Shown piece by piece: positions 39,814 through 53,443 of a DNA stretch of 64,000 nt (position 1 is its first letter; the number at the start of each line of letters is the position of its first letter). The stretch is taken from NCBI RefSeq assembly GCF_018350175.1, contig NC_058368.1, positions 132,434,001-132,498,000 on the forward strand. Direction: 5' to 3'. The position numbers were made by a program, and so were the translations under genes. Origin of the DNA: Felis catus. Its lineage: Eukaryota. The notes under the pieces are model-generated. The model ran no database searches. It was given only the letters and a program-made list of their open reading frames with translations, and was not told the DNA's origin.

Positions 39814-40196
39814 TGTTACGAAAATTGTGTCCTCCTCCTCCCCACCAAAATTCATATTTTGAAGTTCTAATCCTCAGTACCTTAAAATGTGCCTGTATTT
39901 GGAACTGGGTCTTTAAAAATGTGATTCTGTTAAAATGAGATCATTAGGGTGAGCCCTATTCCATTACGACTGGCATCTTTATAGAAAGAGATTAGGATAC
40001 AGACAGGCGACCATGTGAAGACACAGGGAGAAGATGACCATCTACAAGCCAAAAAGAGAGGCTTCTGAAGAAATCAACCTTGCCAACACCTTGATCTTGG
40101 ACTTCTAGCCTCCAGAATTATGAAAAAATTAATTTCTTTTGAGTAAGCAACCCAGTCCATAGTACTTTGTTATGGCAGCTCTAGCAAACTTATACA
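39814..40196 (+). mobile_element. MaLR (MLT1B-like) solo LTR
   Basis: 'aaaattcatattttgaagttctaa...ccatgtgaagacacagggagaagatg...tgccaacaccttgatcttggacttctagcctccagaa...tactttgttatggcagc'. Confidence 0.9.
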
Positions 40197-41178
40197 GAAG
40201 TCATGAATACAGGTATAACATAAAAACAAAAGCAGAAAATATAATCCTGGAGTAGCATGTAGAGTAGGAAGTTAAAATTGCTGAGCACAGCCCTCCAAAA
40301 AAATAGCAAATTTTAACAGCAGAGTATGTACAGCGTTTGAGATGCTCAATATAATGCTGAGGAGGCAATATAATTTAATGCAAACTAAAAAATAGATTAT
40401 ATATGTACATATCAATGCTAAAATTAAAAAGACTACCACGTGATAATAAAGATGTGGAACAGTGGTGGGCATGAATATAGTAGTTAAAACCAAGAATGTA
40501 GATGAAATTATCTCGAAAGAGAATGAAGAGAAGAATCCCAACAACTGGGATAGAGAACAGTAAGCCTACAAAGGAGACTAAAAAGGGAAGTGGGAGGAGC
40601 TAAAGGAAAGGTGGCAAATGGGCAGGAGAAAGAAGGGAGATGTTAAAAGAAAGAGGATACAATCCATATAGAATACCAAATACACACATATATGTGGCAC
40701 AGAGAAAAGTAAGCTTTCCTAATAAAAAAAGATCTCTTCACTGGGTATTTTAACTGCAGATATTTAAGCCATTTTCTATTTCTTGACTAAAGGGAAATAT
40801 ATAGCTGGTCCCCATTGGACAGGTCACAAGGCAACATACAATCCATGTGGCCCTTATATAAATAAGTATCTAAAATAACTTTTCTCTTCCACTAGGTATG
40901 TTTCATTCATTAAGAAACAATTTACAGTTTCTATTGCACGTGTGGCATAGTATCTATGATGATCAAATGATGGTTATAATAAGGTCTCCATAATTTAAGA
41001 TTATTATATCAAACAAATATATTCATCTATAATACCAAAATAAGCACAAAATAATGTATACAAATGAAAGAAAAGTTTAGGCAATTTCAACAAGGCTAGA
41101 TAGACCTTGAAATTATCCTTAAATTAATTTGCCATTAATTTGTTTAAAAAAATATAAACCTAAAAATAAGAACCTTAC

Positions 41179-41251
41179 TTTCAGGATTTTCTTTCTGCCA
41201 TTGACTGAGTTCAGCAGTCAAACATTTCACTTGCATAATTAATAATGACAG
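41179..41251 (-). CDS. CENPK: CENP-K coding exon 3/9
   Basis: 73 bp, LSLLIMQVKCLTAELSQWQKENPE, TAG/GTAAGG, phase 0-1. Confidence 0.97.
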
Positions 41252-41896
41252 CTATTAAAAAAAAATCATAAAACAAAGTCATTTCTTACAGAATATTTAT
41301 AGATATTCATGAAAGTGTAGACATTCTTAATACTTTAACACAAATTCCTAACATAAATGGCTAACATAAGAGCCATCCAAATTATAAAAAACTGACACTC
41401 CAAACACAATCCTGCTTTAAACCATACTAATTATAGCTCAAGTCTTAAGAAGTTTTCAATTCTACTTTACCACTCAACCTAAAATAAAAGGACCTAACCA
41501 TATTACTTTTATTTCCTAAATACTACTATAAAAATATAGGGGCACCTGTCTGGCTCAGTCAGTGGAGCATGGGACTCTTGACCCTGGGGTTGTGAATTTG
41601 AGCCCCATGTTGGGTACAGAGATTACTTAAAAATAAAATCTTTAAGAACATAAGATGGTATTTCTTGCCAATAATTTTTAGACAAACTTGCTTTAGGGGC
41701 ACCTAACACAAAGTAGGACAACATGTGTTCTAATTATTAATAAGGTATCTTAATTGCAATTATTCACTAGCTGGCTCCATCCATAGTGCATGCAACTTTT
41801 ATCTTGGGGTCATGAGTTTGAACCCCATGGTGGGAGTAGGGTTTACTTTAAAAAAGATAAATTTGCTTTAAAGATGCTCTTTAAAATTAATAGGTA

Positions 41897-42448
41897 TGCA
41901 GATAAGAGTAAACAAAGCAAGCCTGAGATTATTTAAAGGTTTGTTTTCAAAGTTGGCTCTTGACTGGCATCTGGAACTTGTATTTTGAGATCATTCCCAC
42001 CAACCTGTTAAGAGTGACTCATTGTGTCTAAACTGTTTTTGTAAGGAATATGACTGAAGCTGAACACCTGCTTTCCTTCTGGAAGTCTGGTATTTTGATA
42101 ACTGCTAGGCAGAGGGTGTCTATGTGACTAGCTCTCACAAAACACCTTGGTCGCTGAGTCTAATGAGGTTCCATGGCAGAAAACATTTCACACAGTCACA
42201 ACTCCTTGGGGGAATTAAGCATATCTTGGATGACTCCAATAAAAGAGGACTCCTGAAAGCTTGTATCTGGTTTCCTCTGGCCCTCACCCCATGGTCCTTT
42301 TCACTTTACTGATTTTACTCTGTATCCTTTTAACATAGTATATCTCAGCCATGAATATAGTACACACTGAGTTTTGGGAGTCCTCCTATGAGTTACTGTG
42401 AGTCCTGTGAATTACTCCTGAAAGTAATCTGGGGAACCCTCAACACAA
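41897..42448 (+). mobile_element. MER21-like solo LTR
   Basis: 'aacacctgctttccttctgg.agtctgg...ctaggcagagggtg.ctatgtgac...ggggaaccctcaacaca'; 3' part resembles the LTR at 33108-33732. Confidence 0.7.
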
Positions 42449-43457
42449 TAGGAGAAGATATATTTTTTAAGTTTATTTATTTATTTTTGACAGAGAGAGA
42501 GGGAGAGACAATCCCTAGCTGGCTCCACGCTGTCAGTGCAGAACCCAACACGGGGCTCAAGCTTACGAATTGTGAGATCATGGCCTGAGCCGAAATCAAG
42601 AGTCGAACGTGTAACCAACTGAACCACCCAGGTGCCCCAATAGATATTTTGTGGATCCTTCAGATAATGTTATTATTGACTATCTCAGGATCCTGATTCT
42701 TTACAACTATATAAGCACTTCCACCAAAATCAGTGTTTGTTTGGTTCACTGCACAAAAAAATCATTCAGGAAACTTACAGGTCCAATCCCTAGTGATTCT
42801 GATTCACTAGGTCTCAATTTCTACAATATAAGAACCACGTTTCCCAAGAAAACCAGATGATAATTTATTTACTGTATAATGCTGTTTCAAATACAATATT
42901 CAGTTTTATACTTTATAACAGAACTCTGCATTTATTGACAAATGCAAATTTTTTTAAATAAAAGATGGCTTAATTCTTGATTAGAAATTTTTACATGGAA
43001 GACCTGACCTGATATGATAGGCACTTCCAAAAGTGACACATTAGTTTTTCCTTCTTTTTCTATCTCTCTTATTCTCATTTTTATTCAGTATTATTATGCT
43101 CATAGATTTTTATTTTTATTATTGTTATAATCAATCAAGGCCATTATTCCTTTTCAAATGATATCAAATTTGGTGTTTTTGTGAACAGTGCCTAAATCTT
43201 TATTTTTCATAATCTATATTTTTTCAAATTAGTTTTACACTGAATGACACAAAAGGAAACTTAAATTACTAATAGTTCACATGTAAGCTTGATTATAATC
43301 TGAATGAAAAATAAGTAGAAAGAAAAAGGCCCTCAAAAAAGCTTCTGTATTACATCTCGCTCTGTGAAACAGCTCTGCTTCTGACTTCAATTGTCTGCTG
43401 GTCTAATAGGCCATGAAGCGCATGAACCCCCAACTGCAGCTTACTGGTGGCAGGCGT

Positions 43458-43458
<1 letters not shown>

Positions 43459-43501
<43 letters not shown>
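43459..43501. repeat. (CA)n microsatellite, about 21 perfect units
   Basis: Read directly. Confidence 0.97.
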
Positions 43502-43503
<2 letters not shown>

Positions 43504-44483
43504 TCCTCACCTGCTGCCCTTGTAACAAAATGAACTGGTTTTTAAAAGTAAAGTACATGATTTGGAACTCAGGAGTACTTTCAATTAGTTCTTACACTTT
43601 CTGACATGCTCCTACAAGTTTTAGAAAACTTTCTTTAGAATCATTTGTATATTTGACTTTGTTCTTTAGAATTATCACTAAAACTTCTAATTTTTTATAA
43701 TGTCAAATACATCTAAGTTTTCTTTTATACTTTCTTAGTTTCTACTTTTAGCCAAGAAGTTTCTCCTGTCCCTAGACGGCACAAATAGTCTCCTAACTTT
43801 TCTTATAAGACTTCTATGGCAATCTATCTAGAATATATGTTTATGTAATGAAAGACAAAGCTCCAATTTTATTTTCTTCCAAATGGATAACTAGTTGTAC
43901 CGCTATTACTTATTAACATTCATCCTTTTCCACAAATGGGCACTATCATCTTTGTCATATTTTAAATTCTTAATCTGTTGCATTCTTCCTTTGGTATATT
44001 CCTAAACCAATTCTTTAGGGCTCTATTAAAATAGATATCTTAATCTTTGTTTAAGCATCAGTGAAGTCAGTTAAGGTTCTACACATATAGTAAAAAAAAA
44101 AAAGAAAACAAACTGGCTACTGTATCTAACACAAAATAGGACATGTGTTCTAATTATTAATAAGGTATCTTAATTGCAATTATTCACTCAACAGTTAAAT
44201 ATATGTGTAACTGTTAAGAGATAAATAATAAAGAAAATATTCCTTATTTAAATATATTTATTTAGAGTAAATATATATAGTAAATACAATATATTTATAA
44301 TAGTTCATTCAAAAAGTATTTAGAATACTTCTCTTAAATCAGAAAGAATATTTTCCAAATGATTAAGCATACAGGTATCAACAAAGCTATTATATGGGTG
44401 TTAATATAGACAAATAATATTCTTATCCAAAACACAATACATTAAACTTAACTATTTTTAGGAAGAAAAAAAAGGATTCATAC

Positions 44484-44540
44484 CTGAGCATTTGAATCAG
44501 TGAGTGTCTCAGTTCCAACAAGTGATAATTTTTTCTGACA
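44484..44540 (-). CDS. CENPK: CENP-K coding exon 2/9
   Basis: 57 bp, CQKKLSLVGTETLTDSNAQ, AAG/GTATGA, phase 0-0. Confidence 0.96.
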
Positions 44541-46589
44541 CTTCATTTAAAAAGTAAATAAAACAACAAAAAAAAGCAAGTAAATAAAAATGATTCACAT
44601 ACTATAACCTTTTATATATAACAAAAAATTCCCTTTCTTTTATATCAATGTAATATACAAATATCTGATTTAAGAGAAGAGTTTAAGTTCCTCACTTAAA
44701 AAAAAATGTTTATTTACTTATTTGAGAGAGATTGTATGCATGAGCCAGAGACAGGAGGGAGAGAGAGACAGAGACAGAGACAGAGACAGAGAAAGAGAGA
44801 GAATCCCAAGCAGGATCAGCGCTCAACGTCATGATCAATCGCAGTATCATGACCTAAGCCAATATCAACAGTCCGAGGTTTAACCAACTGAGTCACCAGA
44901 CACCTCAAGTTCCTGACTTTACAGGCAAGAGGATCATGAAGGCATCCAAACAGGTCTCACGGTCAATATATCAAAAGTAAAAGGGGATATTAGATATTCT
45001 ATATTCTGTATAGAATGAAATAATGAACATAAGAAATAAGGACAAAAAAATACAAAGATAGCTAGGGTAAATTAGAAGCTAGGTAACGGGAAAATAGGAA
45101 ATAAGAGAACAGGAAGGAAAGCACCATAGAAAAACAACAAAAGAGATAAGAAAATGGTTAAGATCATAGGAAAATAAAGCCTTCAGGAGACATCATTTTT
45201 GTTCCATTCAAAAAAAATCTACAACTATTAACAGTGATTATATGATTGAAAATATGGGTAATTTAAATTTTACTTGTGTACTTATTTCTAGTTGCAGTAT
45301 CTTTTAAAAAAATTATTTTTAAATTCAAATTTCTATACTGAAAAAATGTCAAAAGCATAAAAAGGAATTATTTAAATTATCTGGAAAATACACTATCATC
45401 AGAGTACCAAGGATTTACATTAAAAAATAATTTTAAAAAATAAAAAAGGGGACAAAAAACAAATAATAACCTGCCTTAATCTAAAATCTTACTGCAAAGA
45501 ATGGGATAAGAAAAGTTTGCGGCCTGGTTCACACATTATGCTATTTTGAGTAGAAAAAACTTTTACCAACACACAGTAGTGTACCAGAAGTGATACTCAC
45601 TAACTCAACATTTCAAAGACAACATTTTCTATATTAATTCATATTTTCACCCAAACTCCATAATTATGTGTCCTCACCACTTCTCTACTCTCTATCTTAG
45701 GAAATGACCCGACCAACCTCCTAGTGGCCCAAACCAGAAACCTGAAAGTATTCATAATTTCCCTCCATTTCACAACAATTAAGTTCCACTCATTTTGGCC
45801 CTATCTCCTTAGTATCTGCTAAGTCCTCCTTCTATATGCAGTGATAGGATATGGCCCTACAGTACTTCTTATCAGGATTAGTAAGTACTAGAGCCTCCTA
45901 AATGCTTCTTCTATCTGCAGTCTCAATCTTCTATATTCCATTGTCTTCAAAACAACCAAGCAATTTTCCCAAACTGCATCTTTTCCCAAAGATTCATGTT
46001 TATAATCCTTTAATTGCTCCCCACAGTACAAACTCAACAAAATCCTTCATGTTCTTGCTCCTAATTATATTTCCAGCCTCACTCCACAGGTCAATCTCCT
46101 CCAAATTTACGAAGCCATAATATACTACCTAAAGTTCTCTAAACTCTTCCAACCTTACATATTTTGTTCCTTCTGCTTTATATACCTCTCCTACTTTCAG
46201 AAGCTAATTTCTATTTATCCTTTAGAAATTAATTCAGTTATTACTGCCTTTAGAAAGCTATCCTTGACCCTTTCTATCTAGGTTTACTACTCGTTTTAAG
46301 TAGTCTTTGTATTTCCACCACAATACTTCTAACATAAAAGCAATGGTCTCTATTACATGACAATCTCCTTGAGGGCAGGGACTGCCATAATTGTTTCTCT
46401 TTCTAGAGCTTACCTGGCATAAAGTTTCTTGAATAAATGCTTACAGGTTTAAAAGCTATATAAATTTTTACTATATAATATAACAGCTTTCAGGACCCAA
46501 CATAATTATTTTTCTTAAGTCTATTATTGAAATGGAAAGAAATCTTATAGTAATTAATATATATATCACTTTGACCTCTTGGTACTTAC

Positions 46590-46706
46590 TTCTTCCATGT
46601 CTTTCCACATTTCGTCACATTCCTTAATAAGTTCTTCTTCAGCATTTGTAACATCTTCCATATCTGTACTACTATCTGGGTCTAGATCTTGCTGATTCAC
46701 TGACAT
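46590..46706 (-). CDS. CENPK: CENP-K first coding exon (exon begins 46727, ATG at 46706)
   Basis: MSVNQQDLDPDSSTDMEDVTNAEEELIKECDEMWKDMEE then GTAAGT; the spliced CDS totals 273 codons plus stop. Confidence 0.96.
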
Positions 46707-46754
46707 GTGCCTTGTAATTTTTTTAGCCTTATAAGAAAAACTGAAGTAAAAATA

Positions 46755-47875
46755 TTTATTCATTTAACAATAATTTCTTGAACACCTATTCACCTGCCAG
46801 ATAGTAAGCCAGTTATATAAGTGGAAATATATATAATATATATATCAATTTATAAGTGGAAATAATTTATGTAGGGAAGCAAGACAGGGAATAAAATAGG
46901 ACATGCTTGGGTAGGGGTAATGTAATTTCACATAATGTGGTCATTTAAGGTCATTGAGAAGTTAACGATTGAGCAAAAAACATGAAGGAGATAAGAAAGT
47001 GAGACATGGGGATATTTAGAGGAAGAGGCTCCAGGCAGGGAATTGCAAGTGCAAAGGCCCTGGGGCAGGAGTATGATGGTCATGTTCCTAGAGCAGTAAA
47101 GCAGCCAGTGTGATTGGAGCAAAGTAAGGCAGAGAACACAAGATGAGGTTGAGAGATTTAGGAATTAGATTATGTGGGCTTTCTAGGATATTTTAAGGAC
47201 TTCAGCTGAGATGATAAACGATTAAAGGATTTTCAATGGAAAAATGACATAAGTTGAATTATATTTTAACAGCACAACTCTGGTTAACAACAGGCAATAA
47301 GGACAGAAACAGGAAAGTCAGTTAGAAAGCTATTGCAATGATCCAAGCAACTTTTGTTATTAAAAAAGTTTAGGTAAGCAAATGGAAAGATGGAGCTGCC
47401 AGTTGGGTACTGAGATAGTGAAGACAGTGGAAGAAACAGAAGCAGCTAGATATGAGAAGGTAATGATTAAAAATTCAATTTTGTACTTGCTAAATATAAG
47501 GTGTCTATTAGTGCAGATGCTGATTAAGCAACTGAATGTACATGTATGGAGTTCAAGGGAAAGTTTTGAGCTAGAATTTGAGTCATCACCATACAAGATA
47601 TGTAAAGCCACAAGGCTAGGTGAGATCACAAAAGCAAGAGCGTACAGACAGAAATGAGAAGAGGTCCAGACCTGGAAAGAATAATAAACAGGAACCGCTG
47701 AAAGAGTCTGAGAAGGAGCGCTCAATAATAAGGTGAAAAGAAAATTAACAGTATGATAACCTGAAATTCAAAGTAAGAAAGTATTAAAGAAAGAAGTGAT
47801 GAAGTATCAAATACCAGAGATAGGTCAAGTATGATAAAAACAGAGAACTGACAATTTACTTAGTAATATGGATAG
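46755..47875 (-). mobile_element. L2 LINE fragment
   Basis: 'atttattcatttaacaa...', 'ccaggcaggg.aattgcaagtgcaaaggccctggggcagga', 'ggagttcaagggaaag'; approximate. Confidence 0.8.
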
Positions 47876-49764
47876 AGGACTGTATTTTCCAAAGAGTCAC
47901 AGCCATATTCCAGGTTATTACTCCCTGTCCAGAGGCAGAGACTATTTATCCTCATCATGAACCTGAGTATGACTTTCTAACTGCCTTTATGAATAGACTA
48001 TAATGGAAGTGACTTCCAAAACTAAGTCATAAAAGGCCATAGCACTTACACCTCTGTCTCAGAACATTCACCCTTATAAACCAGCAACCATGCTGTGAAG
48101 AAGCCTGGTACAAATGTTTGTTTGTTTGTTTGTTTGTTTGTTTGTTTGTTTGTTTGTTTGTTTTTTAATGTTTTTGACAGCAAGTGAGCACATGTGAACG
48201 GGGAGGGGCAGAGAGAGACAGACAGACAGACAGACAGAGGATCTGAAGTGGGCTCCCCCCGACAGCAGACAGCACAGAGTGGGGCTCGAATTCACAAACT
48301 GGGAGATCATGACCTGAGCTGAAGTCAGATGCTTAACTGACTGAGCCACCCAGGCACCCCAAACTGGCACAAATGAAGAGACTAATGGTGAAGCCCACAG
48401 AAAGGAAATGAGGTTCCCAGCCAAAAGCTAGCATCAACAATTAGACATGCACATGAACATTCTGATGATTCAGCCCTCAGACTTTGAGACTTCTAGACAA
48501 GGGCATAGACATTGCAGAGCAATTGACAAGTTGTCCTACTATATCCTGTCTGAATTCTTGATGCAAAGAACTGCTGAACATAATAAACCTCTAACTCTTA
48601 GGATAATTTATCACAATTTCAATGGAATAAATACACAAAACTGGAGGCCTTTATAAGGGAGTTTCATTAGAATGGTGGGAGTAAAAGCATGAATGTATTC
48701 AAGAGAGAACAGAAGGCAAGGAACTGTACATACCTAGTAATATAAAATATTTTCAACAGTTTTTTTCTCTAAAGGAAAACAGCTGGAGGGTGATATGGGG
48801 TCAAGAAAGACTTTTTTTTAAGCCAGGAGAAAACAGAGCACTTAAATGACACAGAAGGAAATATTGCAGGAGTTGCAAGAGAAAAAGAATGGAATTTAAT
48901 ACCTAACTAGAGAGACTGATTTAAGATAGAAGTCTATATAGGGGCACCTGGGTGGCTCAGTCAGTTAAGCGTCCGACTTTGGCTCAGGTCATGATATCAC
49001 AGTTCGTGGGTTTGAGCCCCATATTGGACTCTGTGCTGACAGCTTAGAGCCTGGAGCCCGTTTTGGATTCTGTGTCTCCCTCTCTCTCTGCCTCTCTCTC
49101 TCAAAAATAAACATTAAAGAAAAGAGATAGAAGTATACATAGTTCATCCATTTTAATGCAAATGTAGGAGGATTGCAAGCAGGTGAGTAGATGTGTTGAT
49201 AGGATTTTATGGAAGTTCTATTTGGACTGCTTCTCTTTTCTCAGGGAAATGTTAACTAAGGTCATCAGCTGTGAATGAGAATGGGGAAAAGCACAGGAGG
49301 TTTAAGAAATACATTAAGAGGGGCGCCTGGGTGGCTCAGTTGGTTAAGCATCCAACTTCGGCTCAGGTCATGATCTCACAGTTCCTGAGATGGAGACCCA
49401 CGTCAGGCTCTGTGCTCACAACTCAAAGCCTGGAGCCTGCTTCAGATTCTGTGTCCCCCTCTCTCTCTGCCCCATCCCCACTCATGCTCTGTCTCTATCT
49501 CTGTCTTAAAGTAAATAAAACATTAAAAAAAAAAAGAAATACATTAAGAAATGTATGAAACAGCGGCACCTGGGTGGCTCAGTTGGTTAAGCATCTGACT
49601 TTGGCTCAGGTCATGATCTCATAGCTCGTGAGTTCGAGCCCCCATTGGGCTCTGTGCTGACAGCTCAGAGCCTGGAGCCTGCTTCAGATTCTGTGTCTCC
49701 CTCTCTCTCTGCCCCTCCTCAGCTCATGCTCCGTCTCTCTCTCTCTCAAAAATACATAAACATT

Positions 49765-50282
49765 CAATGTTTATAGCAGCACTCTCAACAATAGCCAAAT
49801 TATGGAAAGAGCCTAAATGTCCATCAACTGATGAATGGATAAAGAAATTGTGGTTTATATACACAATGGAGTACTACGTGGCAATGAGAAAGAATGAAAT
49901 ATGGCCCTTTGTAGCAACATGGATGGAACTGGAGAGTGTGATGCTAAGTGAAATAAGCCATACAGAGAAAGACAGATACCATATGGCTCCACTCTCATGT
50001 GGATCCTGAGAAACTTAACAGAAACCCATAGGGTAGGGGAAGGGAAATAAAAAAGAGGTTAGAGTGGAAGAGAGCCAAAGCATAAGAGACTCTTAAAAAC
50101 TGAGAACAAACTGAGGGTCGATGGGGGTGGGAGGGAGGGGAGGGTGGGTAATGGGTACTGAGGAGGGCGCCTTTTGGAATGAGCACTGGGTGTTGTATGG
50201 AAACCAATTTGACAATAAACTTCATCTATTGAAAAAAAATAAAATAAAATAAAATAAAATAAAATAAAATAAAATAAAATAA
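49765..50282 (+). mobile_element. Young 5'-truncated feline L1 inserted in a SINE tail
   Basis: ORF2 C-terminus open (MFIAALSTIAKLWKEPKCPSTDEWIKKLWFIYTMEYY...), G-rich 3' UTR, (AAAAT)n tail, TSD acataaacatt at 49754-49764 and 50283-50293. Confidence 0.95.
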
Positions 50283-52398
50283 ACATAAACATTTAAAAAA
50301 ATTTTTTTAAATGTATGAAATAGATATATAAGAGAACAGGAGAGGATAAAATAGTAGGATAACTTGAGATTAAATGTCCACTTGAGACTATTAAATACCC
50401 ACTAGCGAATATGTCATTAATTTAAAATGGAATTAGAACATGGTTATATATTTTCTTCTATAGTGTAGCAGCATAGGTACAAAGACCAAGTGAAAAAATA
50501 ATAGTCTTTGACGTATGACCACAGGAATAGGTAACTACTAGAAGATAGAGAATATAATCACTAAAGAAAAAGAGGTCAAGAAAAAGGGAGGCCATATGTG
50601 GATATTAAAATCACCATGAAGTATGACAGTAGTGCTGCAGAGGGCTGCAGTGAGCCAGAAGCTAAAAATCTTCAAGAAATGAAGGAGTATGATATAATCT
50701 TGCAAGATGACCGCTGCAAGGAGTGGTAGGTAGTAGTAGACTCTGATGGCATGAAATGCAAAGTTGAGACAATTTTAAGGAAGTAGACAGACCAAAAAAG
50801 AATAAAGATGTCTACCCCACAACACTAAATGCAAACCAGAACAGCCCACTCCCCCAAAACACTTTTATTCATAAGAAACTTAAGTTTTATACTACTTAAT
50901 CAAGGTCTTATCAAGAGAGATTTTAAAGAAACTTGGGGAGATACACCATGTTCAGAAATTAAATGACTCCATACTGTAAAGATGTTAATTCCTCCTAAGT
51001 TGATCTATTGAATCTTAATCAAAATTCTAAAAGTATTTGGGATGCCTGGATGGGCTCAGTTGGTTAAGTGTCTAACTTGATTTTGGCTCAGGTCATGATT
51101 TCACGGTTCATGAGTTTGAGCCCTGCATTGGGATCTGTGCTGACAGTTCAGTGCATGCTTGGGATTCTCTCTCTCCCTCTCTCTCTGTCTCTCACTCTCA
51201 AAATAAATAAATAAATAAACTTAAAAAAAAAAAGTTCTAAAAGTTTCTATTTTTGTGGCACTTGACAAGCAAATTCTAAACTTTATATGGAAGGGCAAGG
51301 AGCCAAAAAACAGCCAAGACCCTCATGAAGATGAGAAAACTTGCCTTACCACACATTAAACTTATTAAAAAACTATACTAATTTTTATAGCGTGGAATTA
51401 GCACATGGATAGGCAAACTGAACAGTGTAACATAAACACATAAAAGCCTTTCTGGATTCACACATTTATGGACCTATGATATAGAACACCGGTGGCAATG
51501 CAAATTAAGGGGATATAAGAACAATCCAAATAGGAGCATATTTTATAAACTATATTGCATTTTTTCCCCAGGTATAATTTGGTCCTTCATAGAACTTCCT
51601 CATTTTTTTTTTTTTAATTAACTGCAGAGTATTTGGGTGGAGGGGAGGGAAAAGGTGGGTTAAGCCTAGATATACACCTCAATCTTTACATGATCCCTAC
51701 ATCCCTCAAAAATTCCAGAAACAGAAATGATAAAGCAGAACATAAAGAAAACATGGAGACATTTTTTTTTGCTTGGATTGGGAAAGCATTTCTAACAAAA
51801 CTAAATAAAATCTCCATAAATTTTTTTAAAATTCTGCAGGGACAAAGATATCATTAAAAAATTAAAAAATAATCTAACACCTCCTTACTAAGACACCACA
51901 CTGTATTTTCTCTCACTGCACTGAGTAATAAACCCAAGTTCTTCAATATCCCACCCCCCAAAAAAAGCTAAAATGTAAAACCTCAAAATTTAAAGAAAAT
52001 ATTTGTAACATACATGGCACTCAAGACCTAATTTTCTTAATGTATAATGAATGCCTACAAATATGAAAATAAAAATCCAATAACCAACCATAAAAAAGAA
52101 AACTAATTTAAAAAAGTGATCACCATAAAAGTCAGGATATCAATGCTTTTGGAGGGAGAGAAGAAGGCAGGAGAAAGAACTTTGATTAGGATGGGCCAAA
52201 TGAGAAACTTTTGAGATAATTATCAAAGTTTTATTTCTTGATCTACATGGTGATAAAGGTGTTCACCTTATAATAATTTATGGGATTTACATTTATTTTT
52301 ATATGGTTTTTTTGATATCTATATTTTACTTTGCAATAAAAAGCTAAATGACAGAAACAATCCAAGAGAAATGAGCAAAGGACAAAAATGGGAAATTT

Positions 52399-52616
52399 TT
52401 TAAATTTTTTTTTCAACGTTTATTTATTTTTGGGACAGAGAGAGACAGAGCATGAACGGGGGAGGGGCAGAGAGAGAGGGAGACACAGAATCGGAAACAG
52501 GCTCCAGGCTCTGAGCCATCAGCCCGGAGCCTGACGCGGGGCTCGAACTCACGGACCACGAGATCGTGACCTGGCTGAAGTCGGACGCTTAACCGACTGC
52601 GCCACCCAGGCGCCCC
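52399..52616 (-). mobile_element. Young feline CanSINE with perfect TSD
   Basis: TSD caaaaatgggaaattt at 52383-52398 and 52617-52632. Confidence 0.95.
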
Positions 52617-52984
52617 CAAAAATGGGAAATTTAAAAAAATGAGAAATATCCTTTATATATAGAAAACTGTATTTTTAACCGTACTTATAAGCCATAAAAA
52701 TGAAAATTAAACAAGGGTTATTTTTCATCCTGACTAGCAATAATGAAAAATTTAATAATAAACAATAATGAGAAGAATATAGAACAAGAGGCATACACTA
52801 TTCACAAGAGGCATGCATTGTTCATAAACTAATCACTTTGTAAGATAATAAACAATAGCCATTAAAATTTTAAATACATTTAACTTCTGACCCAGAAATT
52901 CTATTTCTAGGAATAATACTATAGATAGATATATTTGCTTTAGTCTACACAGGAATGCATACTACAGCATTACTCAAAAAAACT

Positions 52985-53215
52985 TTGTGTGAACTCTACA
53001 ATCAAACTGTCTAGGTTTAAATTCCGGCTTCAATACTTACAAGCTGTGTGACCTTGGGCAAGGCACTTAAACTGTCTCTGCCTCGGTTTCCTTACCTGTA
53101 AAATGAAGACAATAACATTACCCCATAAAGTTGTTATGACAATTAAATGAGTTAGTATATATAAAGTTCTTAGAACTGTGCTTAGCATATGAAGTTATAT
53201 CATTATTAGCTATTA
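52985..53215 (+). mobile_element. MIR
   Basis: 'acttacaagctgtgtgaccttgggcaag.cacttaa...tgcctcggtttcctt.cctgtaaaatg'. Confidence 0.9.
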
Positions 53216-53287
53216 ACATTACTATTAACAATCTGAAGTCAGCTAGTAAAAGACTAAATACCTTCAGCCTTGTACAAAAATGTTTAC

Positions 53288-53443
53288 ACTGTTTATGTTA
53301 TGGGTAAGGCTTTATATCAAAAGTAGTCTATTAGTAAAGACTAATAGACTTGGGGAGGATCCTAAGTTATAGGCTGATTTTCCAATGAAGAGGGGGGATG
53401 TGCCCCTAACCACTCTGCTCACCCCTTGTTCAAAGGCCAACTA
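53288..53443 (+). mobile_element. Tigger2-like DNA transposon 3' terminus
   Basis: 'gtttatgttat.ggtaaggctt...gcccctaacc...ttgttcaaaggccaact' followed by TA; recognised from memory of the family end. Confidence 0.65.

Noticed and set aside
15849..41643. Short tRNA-like elements (e.g. 15849, 31657, 33198, 41519)
   Set aside because: Short CanSINEs with A-tails; there is no intact cloverleaf or acceptor stem, so they are not tRNA genes.
47360..47725. ORFs of 121 and 91 aa
   Set aside because: They lie inside a degenerate L2 element and have no splice support.
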